Shown: positions 1 to 8,839 of the stretch, piece by piece
Position numbering within the stretch: position 1 is the stretch's first letter
Layout: the number at the start of each line of letters is the position of its first letter
Origin: a virus
Taxonomy: Duplodnaviria; Heunggongvirae; Uroviricota; Caudoviricetes
Direction: 5' to 3' (one strand)
DNA: 64,000 nucleotides
Virus record (IMG/VR): IMGVR_UViG_3300035034_001740
Coordinates: 12,476-76,475 of that record
Position numbers and translations under genes: made by a program
The notes under the pieces: generated by a model
The model's database searches: none
What the model was told of the DNA's origin: nothing
What the model saw: the letters and a program-made list of their open reading frames with translations, nothing else

Positions 1-79
1 ACACTTATTATTTAGTCACCGAAGAAGAGATTCTTGGTCGAGTTGTTAAACAATAACATTTACGATACGTAAATTCGAT

Positions 80-122
80 CCTCACTTATGAGTATAAATA
101 TTACATAAGTGAGGATTTTTTT
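80..122 (+). terminator. Rho-independent terminator (11-bp stem cctcacttatg/cataagtgagg, 13-nt loop, T-run)
   Basis: Perfect inverted repeat 80-90/104-114 followed by attttttt. Confidence 0.6.
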
Positions 123-152
123 ATAACCACAAGTCAGCAGTTAAAAAAAGTG

Positions 153-181
153 TTGACATAATACCAATTGTGGGGTAAAAT
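153..181 (+). promoter_or_regulatory. sigma70-like promoter TTGACA-17-TAAAAT
   Basis: TTGACA 153-158, 17-nt spacer, TAAAAT 176-181, 9 nt upstream of the ATG at 190. Confidence 0.55.
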
Positions 182-189
182 GTTATCTT

Positions 190-492
190 ATGTTAGGAAA
201 GTGTCCAATTTGCGGCCGAGAAATGTCGGACGTCAACTCTAATCTTCACCATTTAGTTCCAAAACTGAAGGGTGGAAGACAGGATGATACAGTCCGATTA
301 CATATAATCTGCCATAATAAAATTCATTCCATTTGGTCAGAGAGTGAACTAATGTATCACTTCAATACAATTGATTCCATAATGGCAGATGTTCGTATGA
401 AGAAGTTTTCGAAGTGGGTATCCAAGAAGGAAACTGACTTCAATGATTCTAATAAGATGTCAAACAATCACAGACGGAGACACAGGAAATGA
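190..492 (+). CDS. HNH endonuclease (small)
   Basis: CPICG...LHHLVPKLKGG...ICHNKIH is an HNH motif; stop overlaps the next start (ATGA). Confidence 0.7.
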   Translation: MLGKCPICGREMSDVNSNLHHLVPKLKGGRQDDTVRLHIICHNKIHSIWSESELMYHFNTIDSIMADVRMKKFSKWVSKKETDFNDSNKMSNNHRRRHRK

Positions 493-893
493 CACAATAT
501 CCATATACAACTACAGGTAAAATTCGGTATGGTCGCCACAAAGATGATGGTGGTCATGGCTGGGTTGTGATCGATTGTCCTTCTGATATTGTATACTATT
601 ACAACAAAGTTTGTAACTGGTTGTTATTCAAAGGTAGGAGGATTACAACTCCACTTCACGGAGCACACATTACGGTTGTTGCTGGGAAGTATGCTGACGT
701 AGATAAAGAATTGTGGGGATACAGAGACGGTGAAGAAATTGAGTTTTCTTATGGAACAATCCAGGATAACGGCCAAAACTACTTTTGGTTGCCTGTAAAG
801 TGTGATCAAGCCAGCGAGCTTCGTAACTACTTGGGGTTGACGCCTTTACCGAAGTTCCAATTCCACTTGACAATCGGATATTTAAATGATTGA
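489..893 (+). CDS. 2H phosphoesterase (LigT-like 2'-5' RNA ligase/cyclic phosphodiesterase family)
   Basis: Two H-x-T-x motifs (HGAHITVV and FQFHLTIGY) at the spacing typical of the 2H superfamily. Confidence 0.55.
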   Translation: MTQYPYTTTGKIRYGRHKDDGGHGWVVIDCPSDIVYYYNKVCNWLLFKGRRITTPLHGAHITVVAGKYADVDKELWGYRDGEEIEFSYGTIQDNGQNYFWLPVKCDQASELRNYLGLTPLPKFQFHLTIGYLND

Positions 894-969
894 CATGAGA
901 GGAACCACTGTCTTTGACTACTGAATCTCTCAAATGACGTATATTCATTGTTAAAATAACAGGAACTAC

Positions 970-997
970 TTGACATTTCGGGTAGTTTCTTTATAGT
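970..997 (+). promoter_or_regulatory. sigma70-like promoter TTGACA-16-TATAGT
   Basis: Consensus -35 and a good -10 upstream of the ORF at 1073. Confidence 0.45.
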
Positions 998-1072
998 TAT
1001 AACCGTTGACATCGATAAGATATAGATAAATCGATTGAAACATACAGTTCAATTCAACCTAGATAAAAGATA

Positions 1073-1573
1073 ATGGTTAAGAAAGAAATAGTTGAGGCTA
1101 TAAATAATAGCCCGTATAAGATTTACATGGCAATCACTGGAGGTGGAACAGGTTTCATCGGTGATTTCTTAAAGTTTGGCGGAGGAAGTCAGACAATTTT
1201 GGGATATGAAGTTCCCTATCACGTTGTCGCTTTAGACCAATATATCGGTCAGAAGGTGGACAAATCCTGCAGTGAGGAAGTTGCTAATCAAATGGCAAAC
1301 GTGTCTTTTTTCAAGGCGCTAAGTATTGCTCAAATAGCTAAGCTTCCCATATCTCTGAACAAACTCATTGGGGTTGGTGTAACCGCTAGTCTCACAAGAG
1401 GTGAGAACGAACGAGAGGGTCGTTGGAATGGTGCTTACATTGCTATCAATATTGGCGCTGAAATAACCAACTATACAGTTGAGTTCGCCGACGGTACGCG
1501 AGATGAACAAGAACAGAATCTCATTGATGCAATTCTTGTTAGAGTTAGTGAGGTTATCGAAAATGGTTCTTAA
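1073..1573 (+). CDS. Hypothetical protein, possibly CinA/PncC-like (NMN deamidase fold)
   Basis: ITGGGTGFIGDFL...GGGSQTILGYEVPY loosely resembles the CinA C-terminal motifs; location in the NAD cluster. Confidence 0.3.
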   Translation: MVKKEIVEAINNSPYKIYMAITGGGTGFIGDFLKFGGGSQTILGYEVPYHVVALDQYIGQKVDKSCSEEVANQMANVSFFKALSIAQIAKLPISLNKLIGVGVTASLTRGENEREGRWNGAYIAINIGAEITNYTVEFADGTRDEQEQNLIDAILVRVSEVIENGS

Positions 1574-2102
1574 AACTCACAATATCGACTACGATTTGGA
1601 TTTGAGTAGGGTCTGGCTTTTTCCAGGTAGTTTCAATCCACTTCACTATGGTCACACCGATATTCTTCGTAAGGTTACTATGGAATATGGATATTCTGTA
1701 TTTGAGATTAGTAAGACTAACGTTGATAAACCTACACTTGATGATTCTGAGATTGATCGTCGGTTAGAATTGTTTGGAGAATATCCAGCTATTATCACAG
1801 ATGCTCCTAAGTTTGTTGATAAGGTCAATTACGGAGCCAGAAACTTTGTGATTGGTGCTGATACACTTTTTCGTATCATATGGCGTTTTCCTGTACAAGA
1901 TATCATGGATTTACACGACAATGACGTAAAGTTTGTAGTGTCTCCGAGGAACGACATGATTGAAGATGGTGATATATACCGTTTTACATGTGAACTTCCA
2001 AAACAGTGTAGAATAATGATTGACAAAATGATAGTAGGTGTGTTAGATTATAATAACACCATTAGTAGTACACAATTACGAGAACACAACAATGAAAAAT
2101 AA
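1563..2102 (+). CDS. Nicotinate/nicotinamide mononucleotide adenylyltransferase, NadD-like
   Basis: GSFNPLHYGH (HxGH nucleotidyltransferase motif) and C-terminal ISSTQLR as in NadD; start chosen at the ATG overlapping the upstream stop (the six-frame ORF begins at 1479). Confidence 0.7.
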   Translation: MVLKTHNIDYDLDLSRVWLFPGSFNPLHYGHTDILRKVTMEYGYSVFEISKTNVDKPTLDDSEIDRRLELFGEYPAIITDAPKFVDKVNYGARNFVIGADTLFRIIWRFPVQDIMDLHDNDVKFVVSPRNDMIEDGDIYRFTCELPKQCRIMIDKMIVGVLDYNNTISSTQLREHNNEK

Positions 2103-2979
2103 ACATACAGTTATAATCGGTCGTTTTCAACGGCCAACTATTAATCCCATACTTGATGAATTCATTGAGGATAAACTCACGGAATCTGGCGGAGTTCTAA
2201 TCCTTGTAGGTTTGGCTCATATCAAAGCTACACTCAAGAATCCAATGGATTTTGAGACACGTAAGTTCATGCTTCAAGAAGCTTATCCTGATGCTACTAT
2301 CGGATACATTAAAGATGTCCGTGAGAACGAAGATTGGTCTGCCAACCTCGATGAACAAGTAGATCGGTATGCTAAGAAGAATAAAGTAACAGTTGATGAC
2401 ATTGAAATTTTCGGTGGTAAAGAAACTGTACTGCCACAATACACAGGCGACAATATTATTTACGCTTTGCCGGCTGAAAGTTATGTCAATGAGAACATTA
2501 AAATTGAAGTTCCTTCGTATGCTAAACGGACATTGGAATACCGACTTGCTGTGTGTGGCATTGTCAATGAAAAATACCCAACGGCCTTTTCGACAGTTGA
2601 TGTCGCTGTTTTCAAAGGTGACAAGTTGTTATTGGCACGCAAACCAAATGAGACATTGTTTCGTTTCATTGGTGGGTTCGTTGACCCACGAGAAACTTCA
2701 ACACAAGCTGCTATTCGTGAGGTTATGGAAGAAGCTAATATCGACATTGACAATGTAACATATATTGACGAATTTGTCATTGATGATTGGAGGTACCGTG
2801 CAGAAAGTGATAGTATTAAATCGACTCTGTTTACAGCTGTGTATACAGATGGCAATCCAACTCCACAGGATGATATTGAAGAACTACGGTTATTTGATGT
2901 TGGGAAGATTACGCCTGATATGATAGTTCCTGAACATGTTCCGTTGTTTAACACATTGGTATTTTTAGGAGATATTTAA
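2092..2979 (+). CDS. NadM-like domain + Nudix hydrolase (NatV-like bifunctional protein; N-domain lacks HxGH)
   Basis: N-terminal GRFQ motif of NadM-type NMNATs but RPTINP where PFHxGH would be; C-terminal Nudix box GGFVDPRETSTQAAIREVMEEANI. Confidence 0.7.
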   Translation: MKNKHTVIIGRFQRPTINPILDEFIEDKLTESGGVLILVGLAHIKATLKNPMDFETRKFMLQEAYPDATIGYIKDVRENEDWSANLDEQVDRYAKKNKVTVDDIEIFGGKETVLPQYTGDNIIYALPAESYVNENIKIEVPSYAKRTLEYRLAVCGIVNEKYPTAFSTVDVAVFKGDKLLLARKPNETLFRFIGGFVDPRETSTQAAIREVMEEANIDIDNVTYIDEFVIDDWRYRAESDSIKSTLFTAVYTDGNPTPQDDIEELRLFDVGKITPDMIVPEHVPLFNTLVFLGDI

Positions 2980-2980
2980 T

Positions 2981-3634
2981 ATGAAGACAATAACATTAAT
3001 TAGACACGGACAATCGTTGGGTAATATTAACTCAACGTATTACGTTACAACTCCAGATTGGAAGATTCCTCTATCAGATACAGGAAGAAGTCAAGCCGAA
3101 GACGTTGGGAAGAAATTGGCTATCCATCTTCAATCCACTTCGGCGGCTTTATATTTCTCTCCGATGTATCGTGCTAAGGAAACATTTGAATTGATGAAGT
3201 CGTCAATTATTTCCAACTTGAGTTCGATTCGTGAAGAACCTCTTGTATCTGAACAGTCGTTCGGTATGCCCAATTCATATACTAACGAATTTGGCAATAT
3301 AGAGATGATGGAAGTGAGAGAATCATATGGTTCATTTTATTATTGTCCACCGGATGGTGAAAGTACATTGGATGTATTAATGCGAGGTAAACGATTCTTA
3401 GATGAAATTGAAAAACGTGGACATGACAACACAGTTGTTGTGACACACGGATCATTTATGAAAGTTATTTTAATGGAACTTTTAGGATGGGATGTTGAAT
3501 ATTTTGACCGCGTTAAACGGCCGGATAACTGCCAAATAATTCACCTTCAAGGTGAGTTTCTAGGTAGTTGGCATTGTTCAGAAGAAATGAAATTCAGAAA
3601 ACGTAAAATAAAGGATCACGGAGATTACGCTTAA
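2981..3634 (+). CDS. Histidine phosphatase family protein (phosphoglycerate mutase-like)
   Basis: LIRHGQSLGN (RHG catalytic motif) and a conserved His in VVVTHGSF. Confidence 0.7.
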   Translation: MKTITLIRHGQSLGNINSTYYVTTPDWKIPLSDTGRSQAEDVGKKLAIHLQSTSAALYFSPMYRAKETFELMKSSIISNLSSIREEPLVSEQSFGMPNSYTNEFGNIEMMEVRESYGSFYYCPPDGESTLDVLMRGKRFLDEIEKRGHDNTVVVTHGSFMKVILMELLGWDVEYFDRVKRPDNCQIIHLQGEFLGSWHCSEEMKFRKRKIKDHGDYA

Positions 3635-3638
3635 AATT

Positions 3639-3875
3639 ATGAAAGAAACAATTACAGTTACATATAATCAATCTGATATTCTAAAACTTGTCGAAATTGA
3701 CATGCAAAATCGAGGATATTATGATATCGGTAAGTTGGCCGTTTCCGTGTTTGTTGGGCGGTATCCTGACTCTGGGACTGATAAAATCGATAGCATTTCG
3801 ACAACTGCTTCTAAGGGTGAGCCGACAGTTAAGATGTCGACGGGGAGTGGAACGTCTCCACTCACAGACTATTGA
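3639..3875 (+). CDS. Hypothetical protein
   Basis: ORF in the operon frame; no recognisable motifs. Confidence 0.3.
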   Translation: MKETITVTYNQSDILKLVEIDMQNRGYYDIGKLAVSVFVGRYPDSGTDKIDSISTTASKGEPTVKMSTGSGTSPLTDY

Positions 3876-3989
3876 GAGAGATTCCCGACCGTTCGGAGGT
3901 CATTAAAAAACTTGAAAATACCCTTGACTTTGGGGATAAACCTATCACTATTATAAACATACTCCTGATATAGATAAGGAAAACACAAA

Positions 3990-5444
3990 ATGAATAAAGA
4001 TACACAAACAATAATTAACCCATTCGATATCATCGATGATACCGATTCCTATAAATGTACACACCACATCGGACTCAATAAAGAGGCCGTAACTGATTAC
4101 CTTGAGGCCCGTGTGGGTGCTCAATTTCCCGAAACCGTAGTTTACGGTGTAAGTGAAATGCTTGAGGGACTCGCTAACGTTCGTATCACACAAGATATGA
4201 TTGAAGAAGAGGCGATCCGCTGTAAGTTTCACTTTTTTGGAAATGAGAAGCTTTTTAACCGAGAAATGTGGGAGTATATCGTCAATGAATTTGACGGAAA
4301 ACTACCCGTTCGAATTTCATCGGTCGACGAGGGAACTGTTGTTCCAGTTGACAACGTAATGCTTCAGATTGAGAACCTTGGAGGCAAGTTAACTGCTGCA
4401 CTTCCAGGTCACCTTGAAACTTTCTTCCTACGAGTATGGTATCCAATGACGGTTGCCACAAAGAGTCGCGAGGTTAAGAAGATTCTTAAGAGGTATCTCG
4501 ACCTAACATCTGACGATGCCAGTCTGTTGCCATTCATGCTTCACGACTTCGGTGCTCGTGGCACAACTAACCAACAAGCTGCTGCTACAGGTGGAAGTGC
4601 TCACCTTATCAACTTCCTTGGAACTGACACGAAGGTTGCTATGACACACATCAATCGTTTGTTCGGTGATTCTTACGAAGGTCTTGGTTACAGCATCTTC
4701 GCTACGGAACACAGTCTTATGACAAGTGAGGGTGAAGACGGTGAACTCAAAGTTATCCGCCGATGCATGGAACGTGTTGGTATCGGAATGAAGAGTTTCG
4801 TTGCCGATAGTTACGATTACTACCGTCACGTTGCTCAATATGTTGGTCAAGACTTGAAGGAATTTATTCTTGACCAGTATAAAGAGGCTAAGACGGTCGG
4901 CATTCCTAATAAGTACGTCATTCGTCCTGACAGTTGTACTCCAGAACACCAAACTCCAGAGGAATTGGTTGTATGGACTTACGAACAACTTGAACGTGAC
5001 TATGGTGTTACTGTCAACAGTAAGGGTTATAAGGAATTGCACCCTGCTGTCGGAGTAATCTGGGGTGACGGAATCGACATTGACGGAATCGAAAAGATTC
5101 TTGAGGCGTTGACGAATGCTGGTTACGCTACCACAACTCAAGTCTTCGGAATGGGAGGTGGATTGCTCCAGAAAGTAAATCGTGATACGATGCGGTTCGC
5201 CTTCAAATGTTGTGCTCAAATGGTTGATGGTGTGTGGGGAGACGTTCAAAAGAATCCTCTTGATACTTCTAAGAAGAGTAAGGCTGGACGACAAGCTCTC
5301 ACGAAGGATGACGCCGGAAACTTCATCACAGTTCGTGAAGACGAACTCGGTGATCGTGAAAACTTCTTAAAGGTCCACTTTGAATGTGGTGAGATTCTAA
5401 TCAAGCCAACGTTCGCTCAGATTCGTGAACGTTGTGCTTTATAA
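3990..5444 (+). CDS. nadV: Nicotinamide phosphoribosyltransferase (NAMPT)
   Basis: N-terminal DDTDSYKCTHH resembles the NAMPT DSYK motif; ~480 aa; good SD (aaggaaaac) upstream. Confidence 0.88.
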   Translation: MNKDTQTIINPFDIIDDTDSYKCTHHIGLNKEAVTDYLEARVGAQFPETVVYGVSEMLEGLANVRITQDMIEEEAIRCKFHFFGNEKLFNREMWEYIVNEFDGKLPVRISSVDEGTVVPVDNVMLQIENLGGKLTAALPGHLETFFLRVWYPMTVATKSREVKKILKRYLDLTSDDASLLPFMLHDFGARGTTNQQAAATGGSAHLINFLGTDTKVAMTHINRLFGDSYEGLGYSIFATEHSLMTSEGEDGELKVIRRCMERVGIGMKSFVADSYDYYRHVAQYVGQDLKEFILDQYKEAKTVGIPNKYVIRPDSCTPEHQTPEELVVWTYEQLERDYGVTVNSKGYKELHPAVGVIWGDGIDIDGIEKILEALTNAGYATTTQVFGMGGGLLQKVNRDTMRFAFKCCAQMVDGVWGDVQKNPLDTSKKSKAGRQALTKDDAGNFITVREDELGDRENFLKVHFECGEILIKPTFAQIRERCAL

Positions 5445-6440
5445 CTCATTATAGAACTTCCAGCCGTCGTTTTGATAAGATGTAATGTCTTTCGGAACGA
5501 CGGCTTTTTTACGTCCATCTAACCACATCCATTTTCGACCTTTGTTAGTTTTGCACAACCTCCCACGTTGCCATCCATTGTTTAGAAATTTTGATAGTTC
5601 TGTTGGGGGGATTCGTTTTTCCCGTGTTCCGTTGTGTATTGCTATTTTGGAATTTGATTTATCCTTACGATACATACCAATCACCCACTTATCGTTTAAA
5701 AACGAATTGAGTTCCGACTTTGATACCATTTTATTACTACAATTTTTATTTATCCACACCGTATCCTTAGTTGAACTGGACAGACTACCTAATACCCAAC
5801 CACTCTCTATATACTGAGGAATATCATCAACCCTCACGTTCGTTTCAACCACACCGTTATTTATTCGCTTCATACCTTTCGTCATACTGGAATAAAATTC
5901 CGACGAAATTGAGGTTCCTCGTTCCCACCCTTCGGATATGTATATGTCAAGTTCTTCCGCCGTCACTCTACGGTCTTTCCCGTTCTTGGTAATATATTTT
6001 AACCCGGCAGTTCGTTTCACTGTCATCAAATGTTTTACTTCCCCTGATTGGATACGTGGGTCGTCTTTATCAATCCTAAAACAATCACCATCTTCGCCAA
6101 TAACCATCCGCGTTTGTTTAAGATATTCGGAATACTTCACACGATACAGTTCATACAATCTGCTCTTGGATAAATTTTCACTGCGGCCGTATCCGTTGTC
6201 GTTCATCATATAATTCACGGCGCATAACAAATTCCCCTCAGACGGAAACATCCGAGTTAGTAACACATGGCATATAAAATGTTCTCTTGCTGTGAGTAAT
6301 ACCAAGTTTGATTCTGAGTTGTCACCTCCCAAACACCTCGGTATTATATGATGATTTTCGTAATATTCACCTGTGAGTTTGTTCCGGTTCAATGACTTTG
6401 AATTGTCTATGATATTGTAGTATATTTTTTTATAATTCAT
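5439..6440 (-). CDS. Free-standing HNH homing endonuclease with 5 C-terminal tandem ~25-aa repeats (x-E-L-x-x-[FY]-x-x-x-G-W-x-x-G)
   Basis: ENHHIIPRCLGGDNSESNLVLLTAREHFICH is an HNH_3 motif; repeats end ...EGWERG, ...ESGWVLG, ...DKWVIG, ...NGWQRG, ...DGWKFY; only large minus-strand gene in a plus-strand block, wedged between nadV and prs. Confidence 0.75.
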   Translation of the reverse strand: MNYKKIYYNIIDNSKSLNRNKLTGEYYENHHIIPRCLGGDNSESNLVLLTAREHFICHVLLTRMFPSEGNLLCAVNYMMNDNGYGRSENLSKSRLYELYRVKYSEYLKQTRMVIGEDGDCFRIDKDDPRIQSGEVKHLMTVKRTAGLKYITKNGKDRRVTAEELDIYISEGWERGTSISSEFYSSMTKGMKRINNGVVETNVRVDDIPQYIESGWVLGSLSSSTKDTVWINKNCSNKMVSKSELNSFLNDKWVIGMYRKDKSNSKIAIHNGTREKRIPPTELSKFLNNGWQRGRLCKTNKGRKWMWLDGRKKAVVPKDITSYQNDGWKFYNEL

Positions 6441-6534
6441 TCCATTTAATCCCTAATCCGTTTGCGTTTAAATATAAATAGTAGTATCTGAGTATTTTAA
6501 CTTGATATATTTTGATTTTTTTTTTAAATGACCC

Positions 6535-6562
6535 TTGACATATATAACATAAAGTGTATAGT
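6535..6562 (+). promoter_or_regulatory. sigma70-like promoter TTGACA-16-TATAGT
   Basis: Consensus hexamers; implies the prs start is at 6616 rather than 6565. Confidence 0.5.
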
Positions 6563-6615
6563 CATTGTTATATCAACAAATAAATAAAACGCATAGGATC
6601 ACATTTCTTAAATTT

Positions 6616-7569
6616 ATGTCTGAATCACAACTAAAAATCTTCTCAGGTTCGAGCAATCCGAAACTTGTAAATGAAATTTGTCGTCAACTAAAAATGGATC
6701 AGGGTGACGTATATTTACATTCATTTCCGTCTGGTGAACGGTATTGTCAATACAAAGAAAACATTCGTGGTGCTGACGTTTATATTGTTCAAAGTATGAA
6801 TTCTCCTGTGAATGATAACTTGATGGAGTTGATGGTTATGATTGATGCCGCTCGAAGAGCAAGTGCTTGTCGTATTACTGTCGTCATTCCATATATGGGT
6901 TATATTCGACAAGATCGAAAAACAAAAAGTCGAACACCTATCTCCGGTCGAATGGTTGCTGATATGTTACAAGGTGCTGGGATTGGTCGAGTGATTGGTA
7001 TGGATTTTCACTGCGCTCAGGCTCAGGGATTCTTTAGTATTCCCGTTGACCATTTGTATGCTACTCCTACCATCGTCGATTATGTGAACGGTGATGTTGA
7101 TGTGGTAGTATCTCCTGATGTAGGCGGTGTAAAACGAGCTCACGCTTTTGCTGAGACGTTGGGGTCTGAGTTTGTGTTTGTTGCTAAAAAACGAATCGAC
7201 GACACCACGGTCGAAACGAGTTCTGTGAGTGGTGACGTGGCCGGAAAGAATGTGTTAATCGTAGATGACATGACAGAGAGCGCAGGAACATTAATTTCCG
7301 CCGCCACTGCTTGTGTGTGTGCTGGTGCTTCTAAAGTGAGGTGTGCTATTACACATGGCGTATTTTCTTCAGTTGCTTATCAACGACTTAAAACTCAAGA
7401 CGTGATAGATGAATTTATCTTTACAGATACAACAATCAATGATATCATAACTCAAGACACGTTTCCATTTCTTACACAGTTGAGTGTGGCTCCAACTTTC
7501 GCTCGTGCTATTGAACGAAACCATAACAATGAAAGTATCAGTGAACTTTTTACAATAGAAGGATTTTAA
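6616..7569 (+). CDS. prs: Ribose-phosphate pyrophosphokinase (PRPP synthetase)
   Basis: MSESQLKIFSGSSNPKLVNEI matches the Prs N-terminus; PRPP-binding loop VLIVDDMTESAGTL; ~318 aa. Confidence 0.9.
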   Translation: MSESQLKIFSGSSNPKLVNEICRQLKMDQGDVYLHSFPSGERYCQYKENIRGADVYIVQSMNSPVNDNLMELMVMIDAARRASACRITVVIPYMGYIRQDRKTKSRTPISGRMVADMLQGAGIGRVIGMDFHCAQAQGFFSIPVDHLYATPTIVDYVNGDVDVVVSPDVGGVKRAHAFAETLGSEFVFVAKKRIDDTTVETSSVSGDVAGKNVLIVDDMTESAGTLISAATACVCAGASKVRCAITHGVFSSVAYQRLKTQDVIDEFIFTDTTINDIITQDTFPFLTQLSVAPTFARAIERNHNNESISELFTIEGF

Positions 7570-7572
7570 ATT

Positions 7573-8052
7573 ATGAAAAAACTAACCCAACCCCAACCAG
7601 ATTACAGATTATACATTCTGACTCGCACAGATTTGCCGTCACTTACTCCAGGGAAAGCCGCGGCTCACGTCGGCCACGCTTGTAATGCATTCGTGTATGA
7701 AAATCCCTCTGCTGAAAACCCTTCTGTAATGGAATGGGAGAACCAAAGCCCCCAAGGTTTTGGCACAACTATTACATTGGCTGCGTCGATAGATCAGATA
7801 CAATATATAGGTGAGTCGAAGTATACACCCGGTATTATTTTTGGAATTTCCACTGACCCTACATATCCTTATTATGTAGATAAAGAGATTGTTACGCTAA
7901 TCGATTCAGATGTTCACACTTTACCTCCGGAGGAAACTGATACCGGCGGTTTTGTGTGTTTTCGAAGTGAAATCACTGCTGCTTACTATTTTGGTGACGC
8001 GGAAGATGCACATTTTAGGTCTTTGGTTTCAGACCTCTCACTACTTCCTTAG
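7573..8052 (+). CDS. Peptidyl-tRNA hydrolase, PTH2 family (putative)
   Basis: LTPGKAAAHVGHACNA resembles the PTH2 GK(I/L)AAQCxHA motif; size fits. Confidence 0.45.
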   Translation: MKKLTQPQPDYRLYILTRTDLPSLTPGKAAAHVGHACNAFVYENPSAENPSVMEWENQSPQGFGTTITLAASIDQIQYIGESKYTPGIIFGISTDPTYPYYVDKEIVTLIDSDVHTLPPEETDTGGFVCFRSEITAAYYFGDAEDAHFRSLVSDLSLLP

Positions 8053-8054
8053 AC

Positions 8055-8372
8055 ATGAAAAACAAAGAAATATATGTAAAATGTGATTGTTTTTCTGAAG
8101 TACTCAATGTGGAGTATGACGAAGAAACTAAAACCTTCAGCGTCTGTATTTATACAGACTTTCCAGATAAGCTTACATTTAGAAATAGATGTAGATTCAT
8201 TTGGCGTATTATCAAAACAGGAAAACCATATGGTGACCAGATGATTATACATTATACCAAAGCTGAAGACCTAGCGGATTTCATTAACGAAATCAAAGCA
8301 CAAAGAGAAGCCTACGATGCTGCTGAACTTATTAAATCGAAAACAGATACACAAACGGAGGAACGTTCATAG
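8055..8372 (+). CDS. Hypothetical protein
   Basis: ORF only. Confidence 0.35.
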   Translation: MKNKEIYVKCDCFSEVLNVEYDEETKTFSVCIYTDFPDKLTFRNRCRFIWRIIKTGKPYGDQMIIHYTKAEDLADFINEIKAQREAYDAAELIKSKTDTQTEERS

Positions 8373-8772
8373 CTTTAGCGACCATCAATCTGGCGTTACC
8401 TGCTAATAGAATGTATTCATTTTTGTGTCTTACTACGATAGGTGCTTTCATCTTTTTAACATCGTCTTTGAAACCGTCTTTGATGTTTTTCCAATCCTTT
8501 TCGTAGGTTGGATCTTTCTTTTGGTGTTTCTGAATAGTTTGAACCATATCATAGAAAGACTCAGTTTTTGTGGAATCAGTATTTTTAAGCCGTTCCCATA
8601 CTTTTTGAGGCATCAATCGAAGTTGGCCTGACGGAAACCTATCAACAATGGTTTTCAAAGATAAATCGAACTCTTCGGCCGCAGAGCGTATAGCAGCTTC
8701 CTCATCATTCAACGACGGAATCTCCCATTTATTATCAATTTCCAACAATAACTGTTTTAACGTAATTTCCAC
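8332..8772 (-). CDS. Hypothetical protein (minus strand)
   Basis: 146-aa ORF convergent with the 8055 gene; no motifs. Confidence 0.4.
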   Translation of the reverse strand: MEITLKQLLLEIDNKWEIPSLNDEEAAIRSAAEEFDLSLKTIVDRFPSGQLRLMPQKVWERLKNTDSTKTESFYDMVQTIQKHQKKDPTYEKDWKNIKDGFKDDVKKMKAPIVVRHKNEYILLAGNARLMVAKAMNVPPFVYLFSI

Positions 8773-8839
8773 AACTATAAATACTTAAAACAAATTATTA
8801 TATGTTGACTTTCTTATTTTTTTCATAATTATTGTCCCT

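Noticed and set aside
2393-2954. Overlapping ORFs 2393-2758 (+) and 2481-2954 (-) inside the NadM-Nudix gene
   Set aside because: They are alternative-frame or antisense ORFs within a gene with clear Nudix homology in the main frame.
3688-3906. 72-aa ORF overlapping 3639-3875 in another frame
   Set aside because: It is an alternative-frame overlap with no start context. I kept the in-operon frame instead.
4503-5294. 263-aa minus-strand ORF
   Set aside because: It lies antisense entirely within the well-supported nadV coding region and has no motifs. It is a typical spurious shadow ORF.
5439-6440. Possible CRISPR-like periodicity
   Set aside because: The periodicity is protein-level tandem repeats of the HNH endonuclease with degenerate DNA. 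There are no exact direct repeats with unique spacers, and no CRISPR array anywhere in the window.
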